Shown: positions 9,666 through 19,901 of the stretch, in pieces
Layout of the letters: every line of letters begins with the position of its first letter
Numbering within the stretch: position 1 is the first letter of the stretch
Origin: a virus
Length of the DNA: 64,000 bases
Strand: one strand, 5' to 3'
IMG/VR virus record: IMGVR_UViG_3300030101_002520
Location: 1-64,000 of that record
The notes under the pieces: model-generated
What the model saw: only the letters and a program-made list of their open reading frames with translations
What the model was told of the DNA's origin: nothing
Database searches by the model: none
Position numbers and translations under genes: made by a program

Positions 9666-10889
9666 ATGAGTTTATTTCCAAACGCGTTTAAAAAAACGTT
9701 TGTTCCAGGTGATGTACATACAGCAGCTGGAGCCGCAACAATTGATATGACCTCTCAAAAAGTAGGATTATTTGATCCTAATACAAATTTAAGTATAGCA
9801 ACAGGTTCACTAGCTGCACATAACGCTGCTGTACCTGCTTTGTTTTACTTTGCACAAGGATCTTTTTATGGTTCAGATACTGTAGGAAACAATCCTGGCA
9901 TTGGAGGATATCAAGAAACATTAAAGAGTAAAGTGTTAAATCCAAGATATACAAGTTTTGTTGGAAAAATGGATGCACAAGCTGCTACAAATGATGCAAT
10001 TACTTTAACTGCTCAACATAATTGTTTTCCATGTGGAACATTAGGTATGATAAGAGTTGATATTAAAGGATCTCCAGCATTAAGATTTATGGATAGAAAT
10101 ATGTATAAGGTATTTTCTTCTAATAATATGTGTTGTACTACAGGTGAATCTTATCAAGATCCAACTTGGGTATTAGCTAATATTGCAGATGAAATTGCTG
10201 GTGATACTTTTTGGTCACAATTTCTTACAGTAGGTTTAAATACATCTACTAATGGTGGTGGTTCATTTAGTGCAGTAACTGCTTCTTCTGGTTCATTTGT
10301 AACTGGTTATAATAGTGGTTCTCCATTATCTACAATTACTTCATCTAACCAAGGGCAGTTAACTTTAACTGCTGCATTTAGTAGTACTACATTTGGTAAC
10401 AGTTCTTTTGATCCTAGAGATTATCATGAAATGGAGCCAATTATTATTACTAGTGCTGATGTATTAGATGAGCAAGGTGATGTTTGTGTTACTTGTGGAA
10501 CTTTTGCACATACTGCAAATGGTGCACAATTAATTGGATCTGGTGAAACAGTTTTACGTGATCTTATTTTATCTGAATCTTATAGACAATTTCATTTTCC
10601 AGTGGGAAATAAAAATGCTTCTAGAATGAGAGAGATAGAACAAGGTGCTGATTTATTTACTTATGTTGATAGAACACAAAATGATTATAATTCTTATTAC
10701 ATACAACATCATGTACCAAGATTTAATAATCCTTCTGGAACATTTGATAATGATCAATACATGTTAAAATTTGTTGCTAGGGATGCTGTTGGCGCAGATG
10801 GTGATTTAGTTACTTTATTTGGAACTAATTTACCTGCATGGGCTGGTATTCCATTCACAGATCTTAATTCAGTTGATTCTCAACCATAA
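9666..10889 (+). CDS. Abundant virion structural protein (auxiliary capsid-like), monocistronic
   Basis: Has its own promoter motif and terminator; A/G/S/T-rich beta composition; HVPRFNNPSGTFDNDQY C-terminal motif; position in the conserved crAss structural block. Confidence 0.55.
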   Translation: MSLFPNAFKKTFVPGDVHTAAGAATIDMTSQKVGLFDPNTNLSIATGSLAAHNAAVPALFYFAQGSFYGSDTVGNNPGIGGYQETLKSKVLNPRYTSFVGKMDAQAATNDAITLTAQHNCFPCGTLGMIRVDIKGSPALRFMDRNMYKVFSSNNMCCTTGESYQDPTWVLANIADEIAGDTFWSQFLTVGLNTSTNGGGSFSAVTASSGSFVTGYNSGSPLSTITSSNQGQLTLTAAFSSTTFGNSSFDPRDYHEMEPIIITSADVLDEQGDVCVTCGTFAHTANGAQLIGSGETVLRDLILSESYRQFHFPVGNKNASRMREIEQGADLFTYVDRTQNDYNSYYIQHHVPRFNNPSGTFDNDQYMLKFVARDAVGADGDLVTLFGTNLPAWAGIPFTDLNSVDSQP

Positions 10890-10910
10890 TCATTACTGAT
10901 TAGATTTTAT

Positions 10911-10945
10911 AAAAGGGCGGGATTATTCCTGCCCTTTTTATTTTT
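10911..10945 (+). terminator. Rho-independent terminator
   Basis: AAAAGGGCGGGA-TTAT-TCCTGCCCTTTT followed by a T run. Confidence 0.85.
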
Positions 10946-10957
10946 ATATACTATTCA

Positions 10958-10972
10958 TTTTTTGTATATTAT
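10958..10972 (+). promoter_or_regulatory. Putative late promoter TTTTTTG-TATATTAT
   Basis: Recurrent motif immediately after the terminator and before the ORF at 11000. Confidence 0.55.
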
Positions 10973-10999
10973 TTATGAGTACTATATTAAATTAATCCT

Positions 11000-11566
11000 A
11001 TGGCAGCAAAGCATATATTAAGTCTGGAGATACCCTCCGTTACCAATTGTGATATTTTTAGTGTAAAAGATACAAGTCAGTATGCAGAAAATTTGCCTAT
11101 AGAATGTCCAGAATTATTAATTACACCTCCTGGTTTTAATGCACCATACATGGTTGAAGTTCAACCTGGATTTAATTTAAATTTAACACCATGTGCTTTA
11201 GGTTTTCAAACACATGGTTGTGATGAAAGCACAGCTCCTTTTCCTGATGGAGTTTATACAATAGGTTATAGAGTTCAGCCACATGAAAAAGTTGTTGTTC
11301 AATATCATTATTTAAGAGTTACTGAAATATTAAAAAGATATTTTGAAAAATTATGTCATTTAGACATAACACCTTGTGAGCCAACATTTGCAAAACAAAA
11401 ATTATTAAGCAATATGAGATTTGTAAGAACAATGATAGATGCTGCAAAAGCAAAGGTAGAGTATGCTAATAATATTGAAGAGGGTTTACAACTTTATAAT
11501 TTTGCTCATAAAAGATTAAATAAAATAAGTTGTGATAATTCTACTTGTGATAATTCTTCTTATTAA
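11000..11566 (+). CDS. Virion structural protein (fibre-docking/hub-like), Cys-rich
   Basis: Ig-like N-terminal part with a PDGVYTI.Y motif and helical C-terminus; typical of crAss-like structural blocks. Confidence 0.5.
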   Translation: MAAKHILSLEIPSVTNCDIFSVKDTSQYAENLPIECPELLITPPGFNAPYMVEVQPGFNLNLTPCALGFQTHGCDESTAPFPDGVYTIGYRVQPHEKVVVQYHYLRVTEILKRYFEKLCHLDITPCEPTFAKQKLLSNMRFVRTMIDAAKAKVEYANNIEEGLQLYNFAHKRLNKISCDNSTCDNSSY

Positions 11567-11568
11567 TT

Positions 11569-13260
11569 ATGGGATATACTAAAGACTATAATAATAATAA
11601 AAAAGATCAAACTCAAAGAATAAACATTGAGAAAAAGTTTGCTGACTATGTTTATAAAGAATTTAGATCACAAAGATTTGGTTTAGCTTCTTGTTGTCCT
11701 ATTGATTTATTAGATAAATTTACAATTAAGAAAGAGATTTGTGACTGGTATGATAATGAACTAGAAACATTTTCTAAAATTGAATATGAATTTAAAAATT
11801 TTTTTCCTATACCAGAAAATAATCCAGATCTATTTGATACTATTACTGAAACAATAACTACTACAACCCCTATTATAACATACACAACAACTACAATAGT
11901 TGAAGGTGAGCCTATTTATGTTGTTGATACGTGTCAAAATAACTGTGTATATCCTCCAATATTTAAACCTACTCAAGATCAATTATTTAATATAGGTAAT
12001 GCAGGTAGTACTGGTACTGAAAACCCTGGCTTATTACCAAATCAAGTTTCAGCAAATGCGGCAATTAAATTACTTCAAACAGATTTAGAGTTTATACCTA
12101 ATAATTCAGGAAATGCAGAAGTTACAATTTATGCTCCAATAGATGGACAATCAATGCTTCAATACTATTTAAATGATAGTTCTATTTCTATTGATTCTTT
12201 ATTTGTACCCGCTGTAACAGATACTCTTAACTTTCCTCCTAATTTATTTACAGATCCTCCTGAAACATATTTTGTTCCTGTATCACAATTTACTTTAATA
12301 CCAGGTATTAATGCATTTAATGGTCTACCTAGTGTTACTGTTGCATATAGATATAAAGATCCAGGTTTATCTGTAATATCAGGTGGTGGTGAAGAAATAA
12401 TAGTTAATGGAGAAACAATGTTTAAGAGTAACAATGATGGTGATATTGGTCCTACTCTTTTTGGTAATACAAAAAGTTTTCAAGCTAGTTTAGGAACATC
12501 ATCTCAATATTTTAATCTTAATGGTGGATTATTTTATGGATCACAAAATGCAAATAAACAATTAAGGGTTGTTGTTAAAGATGGTTTTGATGTTTATTAT
12601 GTAGATCCTCTTATTGGTGGACAAGGTATTAATTTAAATTTTCCTGATCCTAGTGTATATTATTATGCAAATGAAAATGTAAGTGGGAATTTTGAAGGTG
12701 ATCAAACATTATGGTTTGAATTACCATACTTTTTTGAAGAACCTACTATAAATGCTCAATTACAAAAACCAAGTTGCTCTTTTAATTTTGGTGTTGGAAC
12801 TACAACAATTGCAGATAATATAAGTTTAACAGGTAATATTGTTGAGCCAGGTGTTTTAGATAATGAATGTACTTTTATAGGTATTGAAACTACAGAAGAA
12901 GAAGTTATTACTGTTACAGAGGGAGGTGAAACTATTACTGAAACAGTTACAAAGTTTACTTGTAAAACTGATGATGAATATGTAGTATTTAAAGTTTGTG
13001 ATCAGAATGGAGATTATATAGAAGGATATGAAATAATATTAGATGGAGGTAATATAGGTAAAACAGATCAATATGGTATACTAAAAACAACTATACCTAA
13101 TGCTTCCGTTAATACAAAGCATACAGTAAATGTATGTTATTGTTTTGAAACAACAGGTGCTTGCACTCAAAAAGAAATTAAAATTACAGTTACAGATGAT
13201 GAAATAGTAGATCTTACAATTAATAAAGCTGATTGTATAGATATTTCAGAATCTGAATAA
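11569..13260 (+). CDS. Virion structural protein with a large inserted domain flanked by Thr-rich arms
   Basis: Short N-terminal core (FAD.VYK.F...RFGL..CC), inserted region ~11836-12963, C-terminal transthyretin/carboxypeptidase-regulatory-like beta domain (FKVCDQNG...GKTDQYG). Confidence 0.5.
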   Translation: MGYTKDYNNNKKDQTQRINIEKKFADYVYKEFRSQRFGLASCCPIDLLDKFTIKKEICDWYDNELETFSKIEYEFKNFFPIPENNPDLFDTITETITTTTPIITYTTTTIVEGEPIYVVDTCQNNCVYPPIFKPTQDQLFNIGNAGSTGTENPGLLPNQVSANAAIKLLQTDLEFIPNNSGNAEVTIYAPIDGQSMLQYYLNDSSISIDSLFVPAVTDTLNFPPNLFTDPPETYFVPVSQFTLIPGINAFNGLPSVTVAYRYKDPGLSVISGGGEEIIVNGETMFKSNNDGDIGPTLFGNTKSFQASLGTSSQYFNLNGGLFYGSQNANKQLRVVVKDGFDVYYVDPLIGGQGINLNFPDPSVYYYANENVSGNFEGDQTLWFELPYFFEEPTINAQLQKPSCSFNFGVGTTTIADNISLTGNIVEPGVLDNECTFIGIETTEEEVITVTEGGETITETVTKFTCKTDDEYVVFKVCDQNGDYIEGYEIILDGGNIGKTDQYGILKTTIPNASVNTKHTVNVCYCFETTGACTQKEIKITVTDDEIVDLTINKADCIDISESE

Positions 13261-13261
13261 C

Positions 13262-13300
13262 TTGGTTACTAACTAAATCTTTTGTATATTATTATATATA
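13262..13300 (+). promoter_or_regulatory. Putative promoter TTG-N20-TATATTAT
   Basis: The -33 TTG and -7-like box have the spacing of Bacteroidota primary-sigma promoters (TTG-N19-21-TAnnTTTG). Confidence 0.6.
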
Positions 13301-13333
13301 GTAATCTCAAGAGATTTTTAAAAAAATAAATTT

Positions 13334-16300
13334 ATGTTACCACTTAGTACTGGAAATACGCAAGGATGTAAACCTATATCATCTAATTGTGTTGTATGGC
13401 AAGGTCCAGATTTAAATTGTATTAATGTTTGCAATGGTGATACTATTAGTATTATTATAGCAAAAATGGCTGAATTAATTTGTACATTAATTGATACAGG
13501 TTTAGAAGCTAATTTTGATATAAGTGGTATAAATCAAAACTGTGTAATAAATAATCCACCATCTTCTGATTTACAAGGTCTTATTCAGGATATAATTAAT
13601 ACAGCATGTAATAATTTAAATAACATTACCAACCTACAAAATACAGTAAATGTATTAATTGAAGGTATTGATGATCTTGAATTAGAACAAGGTCCAACAG
13701 GACCTGCAGGGCCTCAAGGACCATCAGGAGAATCAAGTGTTATTACAAATATACAAGATAATGGTAATGGTACTTTTACTGTTACATATCAAACTGGTGA
13801 TGTTATTGTAACAGAAGATATTTCAACTATCCCTGGTATTCAAGGGCCTCCAGGTGCCCCTGGTGACCCAGGTGTTCCAGGTGCTCCAGGTAATCCAGGT
13901 AACATAAAAGTTAGACTACCTAAATGTATTATAAGTTTATTAGGTACTATAACTGATAATAATACTGGTAATATACTAGGTGAAAATGATACCATGTTTC
14001 TTCAGGTGCAAGATGCAACAGGAGTGGCAATACCAAATGCCTATACTGAAAGTTTTACTGATGGTGGAACTGGTGCTGTTACAGTTTATCAATACAGTGG
14101 TTGGGTAGATTTAGTTACACAAAAACTTTGTTGTTTATTAGACGGAAGGTGTGCAGATGCTAGTGTAATAGGTACAACAAATGGTCCTAATAGTCCTGCA
14201 GTCATGGTAAATGATAGTGCAGTTAGAAATTTACCTATTATAACCCAACTTAGAAATAGAATAATTGCTGTAGAGAGAAAGGGTGCAGCAGTATATACAC
14301 CACCTAAAATTTTAGCTAGATTTGTTACAAATAGAGTTGGTCAACGTGTAGAAATGCATGAGTTACTATCAGCTTTAGAAATAGACTATGGAAATTTAAG
14401 AAAAGCAATAGGCTCAAGTTCTGAAGTATTAAAAGCTTCTAGACAACAATGCATTAATTTATCTGCATCAACTCGTCTAAGTGGTAACGGTGTAATGTCA
14501 ACATTACCTGGATGGAATAACTCTCCATCTAATTTATCAGAAGCATTTAGTAATGCTTGGAAAACTATATGTGATATGAGAACTGCAGTGGAAACTTTAC
14601 AAAGTACTGTAACTCCTTCAGGATGTACAGGTTTTGTATATGATCCAAAAATAAGTTTATCTAAAGATGTATCAGGAAATGTAACAGGCATTAAGTTTTT
14701 ATTTACAGAAATGAAAATACCAGAAGGCTATTCAGATTCTGATAAAACAAAAGGCACTAAAATTATTATAGAAGATTCATCTCTTAATACTTTTGTAAAG
14801 TATGCTAACATTAGTAATTTACAAAATAGTGCAACAGGATTTACTATTAGTAATTTAAGTACATCAGGTTTAGATGTAACAAGCAATTTTAAAGTTAAAA
14901 TAGAATTTGCATTTACTGATGGATCTAATTTGTGTGAACGAATTATGGAGTTTACTTTAGAAAATACTTCTGCTTGTCCTACAGTTACTTTAGCAACTAC
15001 AGGTGAAACTGCTATAACATATAATATTACTGGTTTAAATACTTCATCTAAATCAACATATGAGATTATTGTAGAAGATCAATCAGGATCTATGATGTCT
15101 AAGCAAACTATTAGTCAGCCATCATCTATAACTTCATCAGGTAAAGCATCTGGTTTAATAGCAGGTACTAATTATGATATATATGTTAAAGTAACTAGTT
15201 TGGCAGGAAATGTTTCTACATGTGATAGAATAACCTTTAAAACTTCAGCTCCTACATGTACTTCATATTCTTATGTATCAACTGATTATAAGACAACTGC
15301 TGCAGATTTAGGATCTACTACTAAAACAGTTGCTACTTTTAAAAGTGGTACTATAACTACCGCATGGATAGCTGGTTTTGATGCTACAACATTATTACCT
15401 TGCGCTTATAAAGGTACTGATAGTACTGCAACAGGTGTAGATGATTCATTTGTTGTAAATACAACACCAATTAGTGATAATCCAACAACAAGTATTAGTT
15501 GTGGAAATGTTGCCTATCCAGCTACAGGAATGACTACATTAATGAATTCTAATGAAAATGGATGGCAATATTTAGATGCATTAACAAAAAGTGGTGTAAC
15601 TTATTATATATATGCGCTAGTAAATACAGCTAATAAAAGTATAGATCAAATTGTATTTTGCTGTGATTGTAAACCTTCTTATGTAAGAACTAAATATGGT
15701 AGTACTTCAACCATATCAACTTCAGAAGCGTATCTCCCTGATAGACATTCTTGGTATGCAGTTAGTGGTCAAGATTTAAGAATTCCTATTGATATAGTAG
15801 GTCATTCAAAACAATCAACTCCAATTAAATGGAGTGCATCAGCCGCATTAGGTGGATCAACAAAGTTTTTATTATCTAGTGATAAAGATTATGATTCTGC
15901 ATTAGGTGGCACTGCTCAATTAATATATACACCTTCTGCAGGTAGACCAACTGCTGGTATTGATTCAATAGATGTATATGCTGAAACAGATTGTACAATT
16001 GGTAATCCAGGAAATAGAACTATTAATACTGTTACTATTCCTATAAATGATGCTAATTTAATATCAAATATTGATACAGATATTACAGTGTTTATAGATA
16101 CAAATATAATTACACTAAGCGAAGCTGAAATAATAAAAACTGAGTTTGATAGAGTTAAAACTGTAATTCAAAGTACTTGTTCTACATGGACTGGAACTGT
16201 AAATTATGTTCCTATAACTGGTAGTAATACTGGAGATTATTTAGAACATACAAAAGCAATGGTTGATATGAAAGCTGGAGGAACAGGTAGTGTAACTGTT

Positions 16301-17341
16301 TCTAATGGGTACACAACTGTTAAAAGTTTACCAGCATATTGGACACCAGGATCATCAAGTTCAATTCCTAGTACTGTTAGTATAGTTTCTTTTATTGGTG
16401 ATGTCAATGGTAAAGGAAATTATGGTGGTGCAAGTTTAACAAATGGTTGGGGAGTTCAACCTACTGCTAAATATCAACAAAACTATGATGAATTATTAGA
16501 TATACTTTATATTAATGGAACAACTAGAACAGCTTGGGGTGCTTCAAATGGATGTACTTATAAAAAGTTTGATTTAAAACAAACCATAATTCCAGTAGTA
16601 ACAGGATCACAAGATAACAGTGCAGCAGCAGTTTTACAAGTTGCTGGGGCAGTAACAGGAACAGTTCTTTCATCAACAGGATTAAAAGGTTTTCCTACAG
16701 GTAGTGTAAAAAATCCAATTAATATAGATCAATATATAGGTCCTAAATCTTCTCAAATGGTTCCTTATAATGGTACAACTGTAGGCGGATCTAATACTAT
16801 AATTGGCTTGTATAATTATGGATTTAGAATATTACCTTTTATAGATAAAAGTTATTTAGAGACAGATTCTAATATTTATTCAGGAGGGGATCAATCAAAT
16901 TTTGTAGGTGATGCTATAAAACGTTTAATAGGTATTGATAGTTCTGGAATGGGATTATCTAAAGATTCTAAGTGTCCTACAAATACTGATAGTGTACAAC
17001 TAATGAGTGGCACATTAAATGGTAGCGTAGTTAGTACTTATGGAAATGATGCAGGTGATCCTACAAACTGTACTAAAGCTGGTAATGTTGGAACATCAGC
17101 AGCTAGTTGTGTACCATTATATAATTCAACAGGAGTAGAATTTGACCCAAGTGTTCCAGCTTATGTAACTGTATCAGGTGGTAATGTAAATGCAGTAACA
17201 GCTCAACCTGTTGATGGTGCATATTATGCGCAACAGGGTCCAGCTGCTCAAAATGCTGTAAGAAGAGCAGCTCAGTATGATAGAGATGGTGCTAGTACTG
17301 GTGCGTATTGGGTTAATGTTAAAGTTGTAGCAGCTTGTTAA
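13334..17341 (+). CDS. Tail/head fibre protein with Cys-rich N-terminal anchor, collagen repeats and FN3-like domain
   Basis: C..ISSNCVVWQGPD..C N-terminus, coiled coil, G-X-Y repeats, FN3-like SGLIAGTNYDIYVKVT, T/S/G-rich C-terminus. Confidence 0.7.
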   Translation: MLPLSTGNTQGCKPISSNCVVWQGPDLNCINVCNGDTISIIIAKMAELICTLIDTGLEANFDISGINQNCVINNPPSSDLQGLIQDIINTACNNLNNITNLQNTVNVLIEGIDDLELEQGPTGPAGPQGPSGESSVITNIQDNGNGTFTVTYQTGDVIVTEDISTIPGIQGPPGAPGDPGVPGAPGNPGNIKVRLPKCIISLLGTITDNNTGNILGENDTMFLQVQDATGVAIPNAYTESFTDGGTGAVTVYQYSGWVDLVTQKLCCLLDGRCADASVIGTTNGPNSPAVMVNDSAVRNLPIITQLRNRIIAVERKGAAVYTPPKILARFVTNRVGQRVEMHELLSALEIDYGNLRKAIGSSSEVLKASRQQCINLSASTRLSGNGVMSTLPGWNNSPSNLSEAFSNAWKTICDMRTAVETLQSTVTPSGCTGFVYDPKISLSKDVSGNVTGIKFLFTEMKIPEGYSDSDKTKGTKIIIEDSSLNTFVKYANISNLQNSATGFTISNLSTSGLDVTSNFKVKIEFAFTDGSNLCERIMEFTLENTSACPTVTLATTGETAITYNITGLNTSSKSTYEIIVEDQSGSMMSKQTISQPSSITSSGKASGLIAGTNYDIYVKVTSLAGNVSTCDRITFKTSAPTCTSYSYVSTDYKTTAADLGSTTKTVATFKSGTITTAWIAGFDATTLLPCAYKGTDSTATGVDDSFVVNTTPISDNPTTSISCGNVAYPATGMTTLMNSNENGWQYLDALTKSGVTYYIYALVNTANKSIDQIVFCCDCKPSYVRTKYGSTSTISTSEAYLPDRHSWYAVSGQDLRIPIDIVGHSKQSTPIKWSASAALGGSTKFLLSSDKDYDSALGGTAQLIYTPSAGRPTAGIDSIDVYAETDCTIGNPGNRTINTVTIPINDANLISNIDTDITVFIDTNIITLSEAEIIKTEFDRVKTVIQSTCSTWTGTVNYVPITGSNTGDYLEHTKAMVDMKAGGTGSVTVSNGYTTVKSLPAYWTPGSSSSIPSTVSIVSFIGDVNGKGNYGGASLTNGWGVQPTAKYQQNYDELLDILYINGTTRTAWGASNGCTYKKFDLKQTIIPVVTGSQDNSAAAVLQVAGAVTGTVLSSTGLKGFPTGSVKNPINIDQYIGPKSSQMVPYNGTTVGGSNTIIGLYNYGFRILPFIDKSYLETDSNIYSGGDQSNFVGDAIKRLIGIDSSGMGLSKDSKCPTNTDSVQLMSGTLNGSVVSTYGNDAGDPTNCTKAGNVGTSAASCVPLYNSTGVEFDPSVPAYVTVSGGNVNAVTAQPVDGAYYAQQGPAAQNAVRRAAQYDRDGASTGAYWVNVKVVAAC
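13691..13903 (+). repeat. Two collagen-like Gly-X-Y tracts separated by a DNGNGTFTVTY beta-hairpin module
   Basis: GPTGPAGPQGPSGES and GIQGPPGAPGDPGVPGAPGNPGN; local GC increase. Confidence 0.85.
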
Positions 17342-17359
17342 TAATTAAAAAATAAAGAA

Positions 17360-17989
17360 ATGGCTTGTCAAAAATGTGCTTCTAATCAATCTACTTCTTG
17401 TTCTTGTCAAGGAACAAGTTATACTATACCTACAAATGCTGTATATGGAGATTCAACTTGTAAGTTACCCGCAGAGCCTTGTGAAAGTGTTACATGTAGT
17501 GAGTGTGTAAGACATTGCCATCAAGAAGATAAATGGTGTGTAAAGTATCCTACTGTTACAGGGGCTGTTGAATTATGTATGAGAAGGGGAGAAAGATTAG
17601 ATCAGTTTTTACAAAAAATTGCTTTAGCTAGTTCTAATGCTGCAGTATATCCTTTTGCAGTTAAAAACTTTTTTGTAGATAATTTAACAGGAGGTGCTAA
17701 TCCTACAATTAAGTTTATATGGTTTGATTTTGAACCAGCAGTTACAGGTATAAAATTATTGTATGCTCCTGAAGGATCTGGAGATTTTCAAGCAATACCA
17801 GCATTTGCAAATATAAACCCTCTATTAAATAATACATTTACTGTTGATAGTACTATGATTCCTTTAACACCTGGAACAACATATAAATTTAAATTATCAA
17901 CAACTACATTTGGAAACACAGTTGGTGCTGAAGAAGCTGTATATGAAAGCGTAGCATCAGTAATGCTTACTGTAACTATCCCAGCATAG
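17360..17989 (+). CDS. Small Cys-rich fibre-associated protein with FN3-like C-terminus
   Basis: About 11 Cys in the N-terminal 75 aa; the GERLDQFLQKI helix parallels GDTISIIIAKM of the upstream fibre; LTPGTTYKFKL FN3 signature. Confidence 0.55.
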   Translation: MACQKCASNQSTSCSCQGTSYTIPTNAVYGDSTCKLPAEPCESVTCSECVRHCHQEDKWCVKYPTVTGAVELCMRRGERLDQFLQKIALASSNAAVYPFAVKNFFVDNLTGGANPTIKFIWFDFEPAVTGIKLLYAPEGSGDFQAIPAFANINPLLNNTFTVDSTMIPLTPGTTYKFKLSTTTFGNTVGAEEAVYESVASVMLTVTIPA

Positions 17990-18035
17990 CGAAGCGTGGA
18001 GATTTTTTTGTTGGTTTTACTCTACAAAACGCTCT

Positions 18036-18069
18036 GAACCCTAGATACTCATCTGGGGTTCTTTTTTTT
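18036..18069 (+). terminator. Rho-independent terminator
   Basis: GAACCCTAGAT-ACTC-ATCTGGGGTTC followed by T8. Confidence 0.85.
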
Positions 18070-18077
18070 ATTAACAA

Positions 18078-18095
18078 TTTTTTTATATATTAGCA
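18078..18095 (+). promoter_or_regulatory. Putative promoter -7 box TATATTAGCA
   Basis: Closer to the Bacteroidota TAnnTTTGCA consensus than the other copies; precedes the phosphoesterase gene. Confidence 0.45.
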
Positions 18096-18119
18096 ACACT
18101 AATTAACATAGCTATCCCC

Positions 18120-19328
18120 ATGAATTTAAAACAAAAGGTAAAAAATGCACTTAAGTGGAAAAAAAATACAGAATATTGCGCAGAGAGATTAGGTATAACA
18201 GAAGAAGAATTTGATAAAATAAAAAAAGAAATATATGCAGAAGAAAAAGAAAAAAGAAAAGAAGAAAGAGATATGGGATATGTCACAGATGATTGTACGT
18301 CATCATATGACATTGAAAAGGGTCAAGGAAAAATTACTGGAATCTCAAATACAGAACCTAAATCTGCTGAAGAAATTATACAAATATTAAATATTGATAC
18401 AACACAATGGAAGTTGTCACAATATTGGAATAAACAAATGTCAGATCACTGGCGTATATCAGCTTTAATTACAAAACTTAAAAATAATGATACAGCTCAC
18501 ATAGAGCAACTGCTTGAAAAATGGCAGCCTAAGAAGTTTACACCAGTTAAAAGGATTAAAAGTCAAGGTAAAAAAGATGTGTGTGCTATATTATCATTAC
18601 AAGATATTCATTTTGGTAAACAAGGAAATGAAACTATAGATAAAGATTTTGAGGAAACTATTATGGATCTTGTAGAAAGAGCACACAGTAGTCACAATCT
18701 TAAAAAAATATTTTATGTAGTGGGAGGAGATCTTATGAATATGGATACATGGGGTGGAACAACTACTAGTGGCACACCTTTAGATAATTGTTCTACAGCT
18801 ACAGATGCATATATGCAAGCATTTGACGCTTTATATTGGAGTATTAATTTTTTAAAACAGTATTGTGATGATCTTCAAGTTGTATATATACCTGGTAATC
18901 ATGATAGATTATCTTCATTTCATTTAGCACATGCATTATCAAGATCTATAGATGATCCAAATATACTTTGGGATGTTACATATCTTGAAAGAAAAGTATA
19001 TACATGGGGTGATAATTTTTTTGCATTTGAACATGGTGATGTAAATACTAAAAATTCTCTTTTACTTTATGCTACAGAGTTTTCACAACAATGGGGTATA
19101 ACTAAGAATAGAACTTTATTTACAGGTCATTTACATCATAAAAAAAAGATAGAATACATTACTACAAATGAACGCACAGGATTTTTATTAAAAATATTAC
19201 CAAGTCTTTCTAGAACAGATTATTGGCATTATCATAATAAGTTTGTTGGATCTAAACGTTCAGGTGTTATAGAATTACATGACTATAGTAAAGGTAATAT
19301 ATGTGAACTAACTTATTCTCCAGATTAA
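18120..19328 (+). CDS. Calcineurin-like metallophosphoesterase (Mre11/SbcD-like fold) with N-terminal HTH-like segment
   Basis: Complete motif set DIHFG, GGDLMN, PGNHD, HGD, GHLHH; CAERLGITEEEF helix-turn-helix. Confidence 0.85.
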   Translation: MNLKQKVKNALKWKKNTEYCAERLGITEEEFDKIKKEIYAEEKEKRKEERDMGYVTDDCTSSYDIEKGQGKITGISNTEPKSAEEIIQILNIDTTQWKLSQYWNKQMSDHWRISALITKLKNNDTAHIEQLLEKWQPKKFTPVKRIKSQGKKDVCAILSLQDIHFGKQGNETIDKDFEETIMDLVERAHSSHNLKKIFYVVGGDLMNMDTWGGTTTSGTPLDNCSTATDAYMQAFDALYWSINFLKQYCDDLQVVYIPGNHDRLSSFHLAHALSRSIDDPNILWDVTYLERKVYTWGDNFFAFEHGDVNTKNSLLLYATEFSQQWGITKNRTLFTGHLHHKKKIEYITTNERTGFLLKILPSLSRTDYWHYHNKFVGSKRSGVIELHDYSKGNICELTYSPD

Positions 19329-19360
19329 TCTATTGTGTATAAACTTTCATTAGTCCTCTT

Positions 19361-19375
19361 TTTTTTGTAAATTAT
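19361..19375 (+). promoter_or_regulatory. Putative late promoter TTTTTTG-TAAATTAT
   Basis: Recurrent motif, 10 nt upstream of ATG 19386. Confidence 0.55.
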
Positions 19376-19385
19376 ATTGTATAGT

Positions 19386-19901
19386 ATGATAAGTAATTTT
19401 AAAGCTCCGGATTTAAATGCTCCTAGATATAGGGAAAAAGTTTTAAGTCTGTTAAATGCAGACTTATTTAAAGACTTTAAAGACAAATATCCTATGTATA
19501 GTGACATAGATAATTCTAAGTTAAAAAGTATTATAAATTCATACAATAAAAAATTATGGGAAGAGGTAATTAAAAGTAGAGAGGGTGTAGAATTACCAGA
19601 CTCTTTAGGATATTTATTTATAGGAACTTGCCCTGCTGCTAAAAGTGTAAATACAAATTATTCATTATCAAAGCAATATGGTAAAGTCTTACAAAATAGG
19701 AATTTAAAAACAGATGGTAAAATTGCTAAAATATTCTATACAAATCTATCAACAAAGTATAGATTTAAAAATAGAGATTTGTGGCAATTTCAAGCTGTTA
19801 GACAATTTAAAAGAACTGTTGCTAAAACTTATCCAGATAACTGGCCTAAATACATTGTTATGGAAAGTAAAAGGAGAGTTAAGGATATGTTTATAAAATA
19901 A
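19386..19901 (+). CDS. IHF/HU-like DNA-binding protein of the crAss-like tail module
   Basis: Basic; helix-helix followed by GVELPDSLGYLFIG beta hairpin (HU/IHF-like); canonical position before the tail-tube genes. ATG 19386 is preferred over TTG 19377, which abuts the promoter box. Confidence 0.6.
   Translation: MISNFKAPDLNAPRYREKVLSLLNADLFKDFKDKYPMYSDIDNSKLKSIINSYNKKLWEEVIKSREGVELPDSLGYLFIGTCPAAKSVNTNYSLSKQYGKVLQNRNLKTDGKIAKIFYTNLSTKYRFKNRDLWQFQAVRQFKRTVAKTYPDNWPKYIVMESKRRVKDMFIK

Noticed and set aside
19377-19385. TTG start for the IHF-like gene
   Set aside because: It directly abuts the promoter box; ATG 19386 is more plausible.
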